This document shows, one piece after another, positions 1 through 10,399 of a stretch of DNA of 64,000 nt. The translations under genes and the position numbers were made by a program. Each line of letters starts with the position of its first letter. Position 1 is the stretch's first letter. The stretch lies in the NCBI RefSeq assembly GCF_006345805.1, contig NC_043000.1, positions 144,026,001-144,090,000 of the forward strand, in the 5' to 3' direction. The notes below the pieces were generated by a model. It was not told where the DNA came from, made no database searches, and saw only the letters and a list, made by a program, of their open reading frames with translations. Source of the stretch: Octopus sinensis (Eukaryota).

Positions 1-13
1 ACTGCATCCGGGC

Positions 14-52
<39 letters not shown>

Positions 53-54
53 AA

Positions 55-286
55 GGCGGCGAGCTGGCAGAAACGTTAGCACACCGGACGAAATGCGTAG
101 CCGTATTTCGTCTGCCGTTACGTTCTGGGTTCAAATTCCGCCGAGGTCAACTTTGCCTTTCATCGTTTCGGGGTCAATAAATTAAGTACCAGTTATGCAC
201 TGGGGTCGATGTGATGGATTTAATCCGTTTGTCTCTCCTTGTTTGTCCCCTCTGTGTTTAGCCCCTTGTGGGCAGTAAAGAAATTT
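55..286 (+). mobile_element. tRNA-derived SINE, family A (octopus-type)
   Basis: GGCGGCGAGCTGGCAGAAACGTTAGCAC head, B-box-like GGTTCAAATTCC, 3' end GCCCCTTGTGGGCAGTAAAGAAAT; same sequence recurs at 3284, 33037, 38135, 45689, 48703. Confidence 0.85.
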
Positions 287-345
287 ATTATCATTATCAT
301 TATTATTATCATTATTATTTTTTTATTATTATTATTATCATCATT

Positions 346-394
<49 letters not shown>

Positions 395-438
395 TATTAT
401 TATTATTATTATTATTATTATCATTATTATTATTATTC
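286..438. repeat. (ATT/ATC)n microsatellite
   Basis: Direct reading; a second (ATT)n tract lies at 17-50. Confidence 0.95.
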
Positions 439-444
439 CATCGT

Positions 445-590
445 AATACAGTGTAGGTAAATATGCACCGGAGTCTTTAAAAACAACAAGGAACTCAGAC
501 AGATAACACTTTCATTAAGATGTGTGCTGTGCCCAATAACACTGCTTTTTGCAAAACATTAAACTTGCATGGGATTTCCTGTTGCCTTAA
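445..590 (-). mobile_element. 3' terminal fragment of R4/Dong-type non-LTR retrotransposon
   Basis: Minus strand reads ..IPCKFNVLQKAVLLGTAHILMKVLSV*, matching the C-terminal QK.VL.GTAHIL.K.LS pattern seen in other fragments here (26150-26220, 39250-39320). Confidence 0.55.
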
Positions 591-840
591 GAAGACTTGA
601 AGCTTCTATATCATGTTTTTCCATCTCTGCACTGCCATCTGTTGATATCCGCATTAACTCTTCGTACACGGACTTCATTCCTTCGTTTAACATTGTGGTT
701 ACCAATATACTGAGACGAAATTATTTTGAAGATTGCTGTTTCGATTTGATGTTTCTGAAATTCAAGTTCGAAAGAGATGCATCGTGTTTAATGATATTTG
801 TGTGTATTGCTCTCTTTCAACTATAAACTAATAATCGTAC

Positions 841-1041
841 ACTGTTATGGTTGAAAATAGATTTTGAAATGTTCTGGACATTGGGAATGAAGTTCGCATT
901 GGTCGTGAAGATTAGGGTATATTTTTTGACCGTAGTTGGACAAGTAATAATTTGTTGCATGATAACATCGAGATAAGCTTTCGAATCAATTCTGCTCAGT
1001 TTCTTTTTTAATCTCCGTGTGGGATATAGATCCCAGGCAAG
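841..1041 (-). CDS. Candidate exon or decayed ORF, unknown product
   Basis: Strong acceptor GTTTTTCCATTTTCAG before 1041; open phase-0 frame LAWDLYPTRRLKKKLSRIDSKAYLDVIMQQIITCPTTVKKYTLIFTTNANFIPNVQNISKSIFNHNS; weak donor AGT|GTACGA at 841; 201 nt. Confidence 0.25.
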
Positions 1042-1908
1042 CTGAAAATGGAAAAACTATACTCCTTTTTTAAAAGTACATCGGACTATGCTTTGGACTC
1101 TGTGTTTGACTTATGAATGAGAAAGCATTTCTGAAGTAAACTTCGAGGTTAGCCACATCAAAGGGACGGAGGGTAATGTATATGAACAAACAGAGGTTGA
1201 TCATGTATTACTAGTGTATCGCAGTGGGGAAAATAGGACATTTACCGTCAGATCTTTACAGACGTAAAGCGCTACTCATCCTTATTTCTGAATTCTGTAC
1301 AGAGTTCTATTATAGTAAACACTATGACATATGTACTTCTGTATCCAATATGTCAGTGGTCAGGTATCTTTCACTTAACGCTACATATATTGTCTTTATC
1401 TGCGTATAAGTTCTCTAGGGTATGATGCTTTCGTTCGATTTGTAAAGTGTGAAAGACCTTGGCATACCCCACTGAAAATGACAAAGCAACTATACTCTGG
1501 GATATATGCCAACACACACAAAGAGTACGACAAAAAACAAACCTAAACAATGATAGTTAGGTTTGGTTTTTGTTACGTTGACTGACATTCCTGTTTTGCA
1601 AGATTGACAATTGTTTCGCTGGCTAGTAAGCTAGTAATGGGATTAGAATCATCTTAATCTCTTGAACATGACTATAGTTTTGAGGGAGCATGTGGAGAGA
1701 GAATAAGTTTAGAATGGGTATATAAGCCGATTCAGTACTCAATGACTGATGATGCATATTTCTGCACTGTTACCTTTGGAAGAGAAGCGCTTTTAGCTTT
1801 CGAAGAGATGCACAGCAATTTTACCAGACTGATTCGGAAGAGTAGAGGAAATTAACGAAAAACTTACTCGCATCAATTTAGCCAATGTCTTACATTTATA
1901 GCCATTTA

Positions 1909-3196
1909 CAAGGGGTGTTCAATAAATAATGCCCCTGACCCACTTCCCATAGCAGTAGAGCAACGAAACTTGGCACAGGTATTAGTCTATTACAGCATAG
2001 GAACAACCCAGAGTTACACATTTCTCCCATCGTTTGATACAGCTCTGGAGACCGTTTTCATAGAAGACCCCAGCTTGGTCCTCCAACCACGACGTGACTT
2101 CAGAAATCAAGGCTGCATGATCTGGGAAACGCTTTCCTTTCAAAAACAACTTCATGGCTGGGAAGAGGTGAAAATCAGAGGGTGCAAGGTCAGGATAGTA
2201 GGGGGATGGGGGAAGTGTCCATAGCCGCACGCCTGTGCTTCTGATCTGGCGACACGCGAGTTGTGGACCGGAGCGTTGTCCTGCAGGAGGAGGATGCCTT
2301 TGCTGATCTTGCCCCGCCTCTTGGTTTTGATAGCTTCTCTTAATTTCTTCAAAAGTGAAGCATTATAGGCTCCTGTAATTGTGGTACCCTTTGCCAGGAA
2401 ATCACTACTCCGTCCTGGTCCCAGAAGACTGTGAGCATGACCTTGCAAGCGGAGGGCTGCACCCTTGCCTTCTTTGGAGGAGGAGGTGAGTCATGGTGCT
2501 TCCACTGCATTGACTGGGCTTTGGTCTCTGGAGCATGGTGAAGGACCCAGGTTTCATCCTGTGTTATCAGTCTTTTGAAAAATTTTGACTCATCTTCTTG
2601 GCACATCCCTAAATTCATCCTCGAGCACTCGACGCGTTCTTGCTTCAGGAAAAGTGTGAGCAACCTGGGAATCCCTCTGGCAGACATCATTTGCATATGC
2701 AAATAGTCATGAATGATAGTTTCCACAGACCCGGTACTAATCTTGACCTCATGGGCTATTTGGCGAATAGTTATGCGTCCATCTTCCAAAATGGCATCCT
2801 CAACTTGACGGACAGATGCCTCATCAATGGCAGAAGGGGTGTGACCAGATCTGGGAGCTGTTTCCACAGAGTTCCGACCATGTTTGAATTCACGATGCCA
2901 GCGTTTTACGAGTTCATATGATGGGGCATCATCACCCTAAGTTATTTTCATTTCATCAAAAGTCTCCTGTTGTGTGCGTCAATTCAAATACAAAAACCGG
3001 ATCACTTCTCGACGCTCAACAGGCTCTATTTCCCACTTGACTCATTTCAAACACATGTTAATCAGAAACCACTATTAGTTCGGAGCTGTAATTTGCCACT
3101 TAATCTATAGAGATATAACTAATTACACATGCAAAATCTCAGCTAGATCAATCAACGGCAAGTGGGTCAGAGGCATTACTTATTGAACGCCCCTCG
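1909..3196 (-). mobile_element. Full-length defective mariner (D,D34D) transposon, copy 1
   Basis: TA at 1907-8 and 3197-8; about 37-bp TIRs (CGAGGGGCGTTCAATAAGTAATGCC..GACCCACTT); transposase motifs QDETW, LLQDNAPVH, PDLAPSDFHLF split by frameshifts; start ATG mutated to ATA. Confidence 0.95.
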
Positions 3197-3283
3197 TATG
3201 TTTGTGGGATTGATGTAATCGACTACCGCTACTCCCGTCAAATTTCAGGCTTTGTGCTTGTCGTAGAACGGATTATTATTAAT

Positions 3284-3508
3284 ACCTATTTCTTTACTAC
3301 CCACAAAGGGCTAAACACAGAGAGGACAAACAAGGACAGACAAACGGATTAAGTCGATCATATCGACCCCAGTGCGTAACTAGTACTTCTTTAATCGACC
3401 CCGAAAGGGTGAAAGGCAAAGTCGACCTCGGCGGAATTTGAACTCAGAACGTAACCGCAGACGAAATACTACTAAGCATTTCACCCGGCGTGCTAACGTT
3501 TCTACCAG
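3284..3508 (-). mobile_element. SINE family A
   Basis: Reverse complement of the 55-286 element. Confidence 0.85.
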
Positions 3509-4734
3509 TACCGGGGTTGATCTAATGGACTATACCCCTGTCACACAATTCAGGCCTTGTACATCTATCAGAAACAGTAATTATTACTTTTATGACGATG
3601 GTAATTATGTTACTTTGCATCTTGTTACACCACCCGCTAAAATGTTGCATTTGTTCTTAATTATTTAAGAATGTAAAGGTAGCGTGGGTCTGCCTAAAAG
3701 TATATATATTAAGCAGTGTTAGATGGTTATGAAAGAGGGTCTTAGTGATTGAATTGTAGTGTTACTACAGACTGGTTGCATTGCTGCTATTTTGTGGGTT
3801 ATGATATCAATTGTGTTTAGATAACACTAGTCATCTGTCACCAGAAGGTATGTACGGGAAGACGAAGAAGATGATAAGGTGGAGGAGGGGAAACAGGAAG
3901 ATGAAGATGGGGACGAAGAGGATAACGGTGATGCTGTTGGCGCGGTATTGATGATCATGATGTTGATGCATAAGTCGATGGCAGCGATGGCGTTGGTGGT
4001 AGAATGACAATCATGATCGCACGTTTTACAAGTGTCGGTAGTAACAGTAACGGATATATTTTTGAGCTATATTGATGGTAAGAGTTGATTGTTATTGATA
4101 AGGTATAGTTTAAGTTTCTCGCCCAAAACAGTGAGATTAATATTCATAGGAGAAACTCGTTTTGAGGTGTCTTAAAGTACATTAACTGATATGTCATTCA
4201 TTACTTAAGAAGGTCGATTATAGAAGGAAGGTTAGTAGATTAAATTACATATTTTAGCCAATCAAGCGTCAAATTAGGGCACATTGCGTTGCCGTTTTTG
4301 AGAGTTATTATGGCGGGATTATGGATGGTGTCACAGATATTAATTGATCTTTTAATAATGATGCAAAAAGTGGTGATGTTGAAGATGAAGTTGATGATAA
4401 GGAGAATGGGGGTGGGGTGGACATAGAGGATATTATTGGTGGTGGCATTGATGATAGCTAGAAAACCGTGCCATAACCGTGATACTAGTGGTAGATATGC
4501 TGATGACAATGTTAAGCATTAAAACATAACTGGAAAAGAAATATAGAAACATGACAGAAATAACAATTCAGATAATCTACAGTACACTCACACACACATA
4601 CACACACTCTCACTCACTCACTCACTATCTCTCTCTCTCTCTTTCTCATAGCTAAAGATTGCAACTGCACCAAACGCTAACTCTAGCACGTATAATCAGT
4701 ATAAAATTATATGAGTCACGTGCGCACGTGCTTG

Positions 4735-4818
4735 TGTATATATATACATACATGCATACATACATACATATATATAGATATACATACATACATAATATAT
4801 ATATATTATATATATAAC

Positions 4819-4849
<31 letters not shown>

Positions 4850-4950
4850 CACACACATATATATATATATATACATATATATATGTATGTATATATATAT
4901 GTATATATATACATATAATGCAGAAACAATACTGCATATATACATATACT
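4735..4950. repeat. (TA)n/(TACA)n compound microsatellite
   Basis: Direct reading; 5' flank of the CR1-type LINE. Confidence 0.95.
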
Positions 4951-6725
4951 GCAGAAACAATACTGCTCTGTTTTCAGCAATCCTGATATGGCCGATCTGG
5001 TCTGTATCAGTGATGTCAACCCCCAACACACTATATCGGACATAACGTTTAGTGCCCCTGATGTCTTAGCGGCGATAAACGAAATAAAACACAATTCAGC
5101 AGTAGGCCCCGATAGGTTCCCTGCTTGTGTCCTGAAGGTGTGTCGACACCAACTTGCATCTCCCGTTGCTAATCTGTGGAGAAACTCACTGGATGCTGGC
5201 TATATTCCAAAAAACCTTCTGTCCCAGTCTGTTGTCCCAGTTTTCAAAAAGGGAAACAAGTCCCTTGCAGTGAACTACCGTCCGATCTCACTCACCTCTC
5301 ATATCATCAAGGTATTTGAGAGGGTGGTGAGATCTCGAATAACCCAATTTCTGGAAAGCAACAGACGGCTGATCTCCAAACAACATGGGTTCCGTAATGG
5401 AAGGGACTGCCTAACGCAGCTCCTGCATCACTTTGATGACATTTTGAGAGCTTTGGGAGAGGGCTCCAACACCGATGTCATCTACCTTGATTTCAGTAAG
5501 GCCTTCGACAGGGTCGATCACAAGATCCTATTGAAAAAACTATCAACATTGGTGTCTTGGAAAGTTACTGAAATGGATCAAGTGTTTCTGACAGACAGAT
5601 CTCAACATGTTGTAGTTGAAGGGGTAAAATCAAGCCCAGCCAAAGTCAGTAGTGGCGTTCCGCAAGGCACTGTGCTGGGCCCACTTCTTTTCATCATTTA
5701 CATTAATGACATTAATGACATCATCAAGCACAGCAACATAAAAATTTTTGCAGATGATTCCAAGCTACAGAAGGTCATAAATGAGGCGAGTGCCCGGACA
5801 TGCCTTCAGTCAGATCTACTGGCTGTTATCCAATGGGCAGAAAAAAACAATATGCTGCTGAACGAGGATAAATTTGAGCTAATCCACTTTGGAAAAGAGG
5901 ATGCCCTGAAACTCCCATACTCCCTTCCTTCAGGTGAAACTCTCGCGGCGTCCAACAACATCAGAGACTTGGGAGTAATTGTGGACACAACATAAGCTGG
6001 GCCACTCATATAAACACCAAAGTTGACATGGCCCGCGCAGAATGTGTTCCTGGATTCTCAGAACTTTCCAGTCGAGAGATATCCACACCATTATCCTTCT
6101 CTTCTCCACTTTTGCCCGACCCCACCTTGAATACTGTTGTCCACTGTGGTCTCCCCACACAATACAAGGTATCATAAAAGTTGAAGCACCTCAAAGGGCA
6201 ATCACAAAAAAGATAGATGGCATGACAGGCCTCGACTATTGGGGTCGACTAGAAAAGCTAAAACTCTATTCTCTCCAACGTCGTCGTGAGCGCTACATCA
6301 TCTGCATGATGTGGAAAATATTCCATCAGCATTGCCCAAATGATGTTGGCATCACCTTTAAGGTACATCCAAGGCTTGGGCCCCGTGCCATCCGCCCAAA
6401 ACAAAAATCGCACTCTCATCTCATAACAACAATACGGCACAATTATTTCACCTCAATTGGCCCCGCTCTCTTTAACATTACACTAAAACACATTAAAACA
6501 GAAACTGACCCTATAGGGTTCAAGAAGTCTTTGGACAGATTCCTTCAAGAAATCCCGGATAAACCCCCTACACCCGGATATGTCTCTGTAAACAATAACT
6601 CTCTACTTGAGTGGGCCATAGTGCCCAAATTCTGACTTGAAAGACTTCACCAGGTGGTGCTATTAAGTTAGACATGGCCTGGGCCAATAATGGCCGAAAC
6701 CTATCAAAGTATCAAAGTATCAAAG
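4950..6725 (+). mobile_element. 5'-truncated CR1-group LINE (RT domain, C-terminus and 3' UTR), frameshifted
   Basis: ORFs 4988-5995 and 6042-6635 carry YRPISLTS, QHGFR, YLDFSKAFD, GVPQGTVLGPLLF, FADD, RPHLEYC, LQRRRER; ends in (TATCAAAG)3 at 6702-6725, a short tandem tail typical of CR1. Confidence 0.92.
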
Positions 6726-6745
6726 TATATATATGTGTATATATA

Positions 6746-6802
<57 letters not shown>

Positions 6803-6849
6803 ATATATATATATATATGTATATATATATGTATATATATATATATATA

Positions 6850-6890
<41 letters not shown>

Positions 6891-6891
6891 T

Positions 6892-6933
<42 letters not shown>

Positions 6934-6960
6934 ATATATATAAATATATACATATATATA
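6726..6960. repeat. (TA)n microsatellite
   Basis: Direct reading. Confidence 0.95.
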
Positions 6961-7158
6961 ATTTCGAGACGAACCGGTATTTAGTTATTCCACCATCCAC
7001 CAATAGTGAATTGATATTATCTATAATAACAACATAGAAATAAAGTAAATATCTTATAATTATTCTTCTAAAAATCTCAGAACAAATCAAACATTACATT
7101 CCTATTTACTATTAATAATATATTATTAATAATTATTATATATACATACATATATATA

Positions 7159-7204
<46 letters not shown>

Positions 7205-7459
7205 AGATGTCCTTGCAGAGCAAGTGACCTCATCTGACGTCGTGTGCTGGAACAAAAACATTGCAACGTGAAATATGTTTATACGCTATATAAGAACACA
7301 CAAAAACCGTTAGATTCACTTCAACATTTAAATTTAATTTACCAAAATATTGTCATCACTTTTAGACCTCGACCTCTAAGAGTGTGTGTATGTGTGTGTA
7401 TGTGCGTGCGTGCGTGTGTGTGTGTGTTTGTGTGTGCAAATTAACTTTTATCTTTTGTT

Positions 7460-7825
7460 TCAATCATGTGACGGAAGCCATGCTGGGGAACCGTCTTGAA
7501 GTGTTTTAGTAGAACGAAACGACCACAGAACGTATATTTTGTAAGGCCATCAATTTTTTATGTCGGTTACTTTTGCCGAAACATTAAGATAGGTGGATGT
7601 AAAGACACCAAAATGAGATGTTAATCGGTGATGGGAACAAACACAGAGAAAAAAAACAGTGAATACACACACACACGTTTATGTGTGTGTATGTACGCAT
7701 ATAAAACGGCCTTCTCTCAGTGTCCGTCTACAAGCTCCATTCATTAACCTTTGGTCAGTCCGAGGGTGCCATACAGTGGGTCTGCACGAGGAACCATGCG
7801 GTTGTGAAGCCTGCACCGCATTTAT
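7460..7825 (-). mobile_element. Degenerate copy of long SINE family F
   Basis: Blocks similar to 60090-60503 (GCCATGCTGGGG, CTTTGGTC.GTCCGAGG, GGAACCATG). Confidence 0.55.
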
Positions 7826-7830
7826 GTAGG

Positions 7831-7865
<35 letters not shown>

Positions 7866-7870
<5 letters not shown>

Positions 7871-9065
7871 TAATCCAAACATGAAAACACAAAGGGAAAA
7901 TACAACAACGCGAGGACGTGGAACAGATATAGTATTATTGGACGCTCAGGAAGGAAGGGAAGAAGGAGGGTTTAACGTTTCGAGCGGAGCTCTTCGTCAG
8001 AAACATAGGAAAAGGAAAGATCCAGAGACGTAGGGAAAAAATCGTCAACGGTACGCACGCGGTCACATTTTTAATGTAGATATATATACATGTATAGGTG
8101 AGAGAGTTGGTATGTGAAAGAACGAGGTTGGATGTATAAAAGCCAAAAAGTGTGAAAAACTACGGAAGGCTTGTGTTATATGGTTAAAAAATATATTTAA
8201 ATCGTTATGTTAGCAAAATGTTATAAAAGTTTGCGTATAGTAACATTGTTTTGCGAGAAATAACCGGTTTCGTATTTTCTTTTCAAATTTCTCAAATTTC
8301 TTTACATATGTCGTGTCATATCCTCGCTATATTGAGAAATATGGAGTTCCAGACAGGGGAAGGTGATCAGAGAATTTTCCGGTATAAAGGAGAAAATGTT
8401 CAAAATGACAACGTTCTATTGATTGAACATGATGTGGTTTAGAAATAATAGAATTTAGGTTTATTTTTTAAAATTAGTATATCCAAGAATGGGAGCTCCT
8501 TTTGGTTGTACTCTATTGTGAACGGTATATTTAGGTTGACGCTGGTCAATAGTCTTTTGAATTTCAGGAGTGTATCTGTGTTTTCATTCCAGAGTATGAA
8601 ACAGTCGTCTAGGAATCTTTTCCAATTTTCTTTTATGTATTGGGAAAGGAGGCTTTCAAAGGTAGATAAAGATTCCAGGAATATAACGTTTTTAAATAAG
8701 GAAACTCACCTCATTGAAAAAAATATCAAGCTAAACCTAAACACTTGTAACATTCTATTCCTTCTAAACTAAATCTTGTTAAATGAATAAAGCTGGTCAT
8801 TCCAAACATTTTTGATTATCTCCCTTATACCAGTAAATTCCCCTGATTAACCTTCCCTGTCTGGGACTCAATATTTCACAACTTATCGAAAACATGAGAG
8901 GACATAGGTAAAGGAATTTGAGAAATTTGAAAAGAAAATAAGAAACCGGTTATTTCTCCAAAGACAATGTTATATGCAAAATTTTATAACATTTTTCTAG
9001 CATAACGATTTAAATATATTCTTTACCATAAACTCAAGCCTTTTGTAGTTGTTTCACTCCTTTTT
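7866..9065 (-). mobile_element. Penelope-like element fragment with terminal (pLTR-like) repeat and fold-back arms
   Basis: Minus strand about 8450-8690 reads YIKENWKRFLDDCFILWNE..FTIEYNQKELPFLDILILK (PLE-type RT motifs); 7866-8070 is homologous to 41020-41226; arms 8145-8475 and 8690-9065 are inverted copies. Confidence 0.75.
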
Positions 9066-9067
9066 GT

Positions 9068-9111
<44 letters not shown>

Positions 9112-9818
9112 CACACACACAGATAGAAATATACGGATAGAGAGAGGGGGAGAGTGAGGGAGGCTTACCTTCTTTGCGGTAGTATGTGATATATAGCTAA
9201 ACTTTATTATAATGCATTACTTGAGAAACTAATGATAAAGGCACTGATTAAATTGTAGGTAATACATTTAAGATGTACACACACACTACACTCTCACACC
9301 CACGCACACACACAACATTTATATATACACACAGATATATTTATTTATATTCAATATCGCGATGATGCCTAATATGAGTGTTTATTTGTATATAATTTGA
9401 TATCATATGATGCTAAATGAATTGCTATAAATATATACATGTGCGGTGGGTAAATTGTTGCAATATTTTACATTTAATTTCATACATGCTCATTGGTTGC
9501 TTTTGATTTTATCGACAACAAACTAAAGTAGGTTCAGTTCGTCACGGTCAGTGAGAAAAACAGCACCATGATGCAATTCACTCTGCCAGAAATTTGGAAA
9601 GGACATACTGTAGTGCTTGGAATTCACGCTGAAAGCGCCAATACGAACAATTGAGGTTGTTTGTTTGTGAATCTGAGGACAATGCAATCTAAGGACATCT
9701 ACCGGGAGTGATACAAATTCAAACATCCAGTCACTTTAGCATTTAAGTGAATCAGCCACCGATTCCTTTGGTATTTTCTATAAACTGACGAGGCGAGATT
9801 AATTTAATCCTAGGCAAC

Positions 9819-9878
9819 GGAGTATATGTTACTGATGAGGATTAATTCAATTCGAAATCATCGATGATCTGACACTCC
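9819..9878 (+). ncRNA. Candidate type I hammerhead ribozyme
   Basis: CTGATGA 9832-38; stem II GGATT/AATTC; GAAA 9854-57; palindromic stem III ATCATCGATGAT; ATC cleavage triplet ending 9869; stem I TGTTA/TGACA plus GGAG/CTCC with a TATA bulge. Confidence 0.7.
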
Positions 9879-10066
9879 TCGCTTGCTGTAGGGAGGTTGC
9901 TCTGCCTTGTCAGTCAAGTGATAAATGCTTTCCACGTGGCTTAGAGTTGTTTTCACTCTTATGGCTAGCAATGCCGGTGCTGAGTTTCACCATTAGTCAC
10001 TTTAGGGAGGATTGTACTTGTACTTGTGGTCTTTAAATTTTGAACAAACTTTTTAATAATTCATTT

Positions 10067-10109
<43 letters not shown>

Positions 10110-10399
10110 TATTAATAATAAAGTGTATGGAGACTTGTTCTTCCATAAAATTTATTTTACAATTTTATGGTGCATATTATAATGCACTACCCACGTTTCC
10201 ACTGCACAAGCTACTAGCGATTACAGATGCAACCTGGCGCTCTTATCATTGCAGATTCTTGAAGAAACAGCACTGATAATAGTTCCGTAGGTCATTATAA
10301 TATATGTAAAATTGTAAAATATATTTTGTGGCCGAACATGTCTCCATACTCCACACAATTTTTGCCGTCCAGCAAAGCATACAGGATATTACCCACCGA

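Noticed and set aside
1450-1550. Tiny Dong-like piece (TENDKATILWD)
   Set aside because: Too short to delimit as a feature
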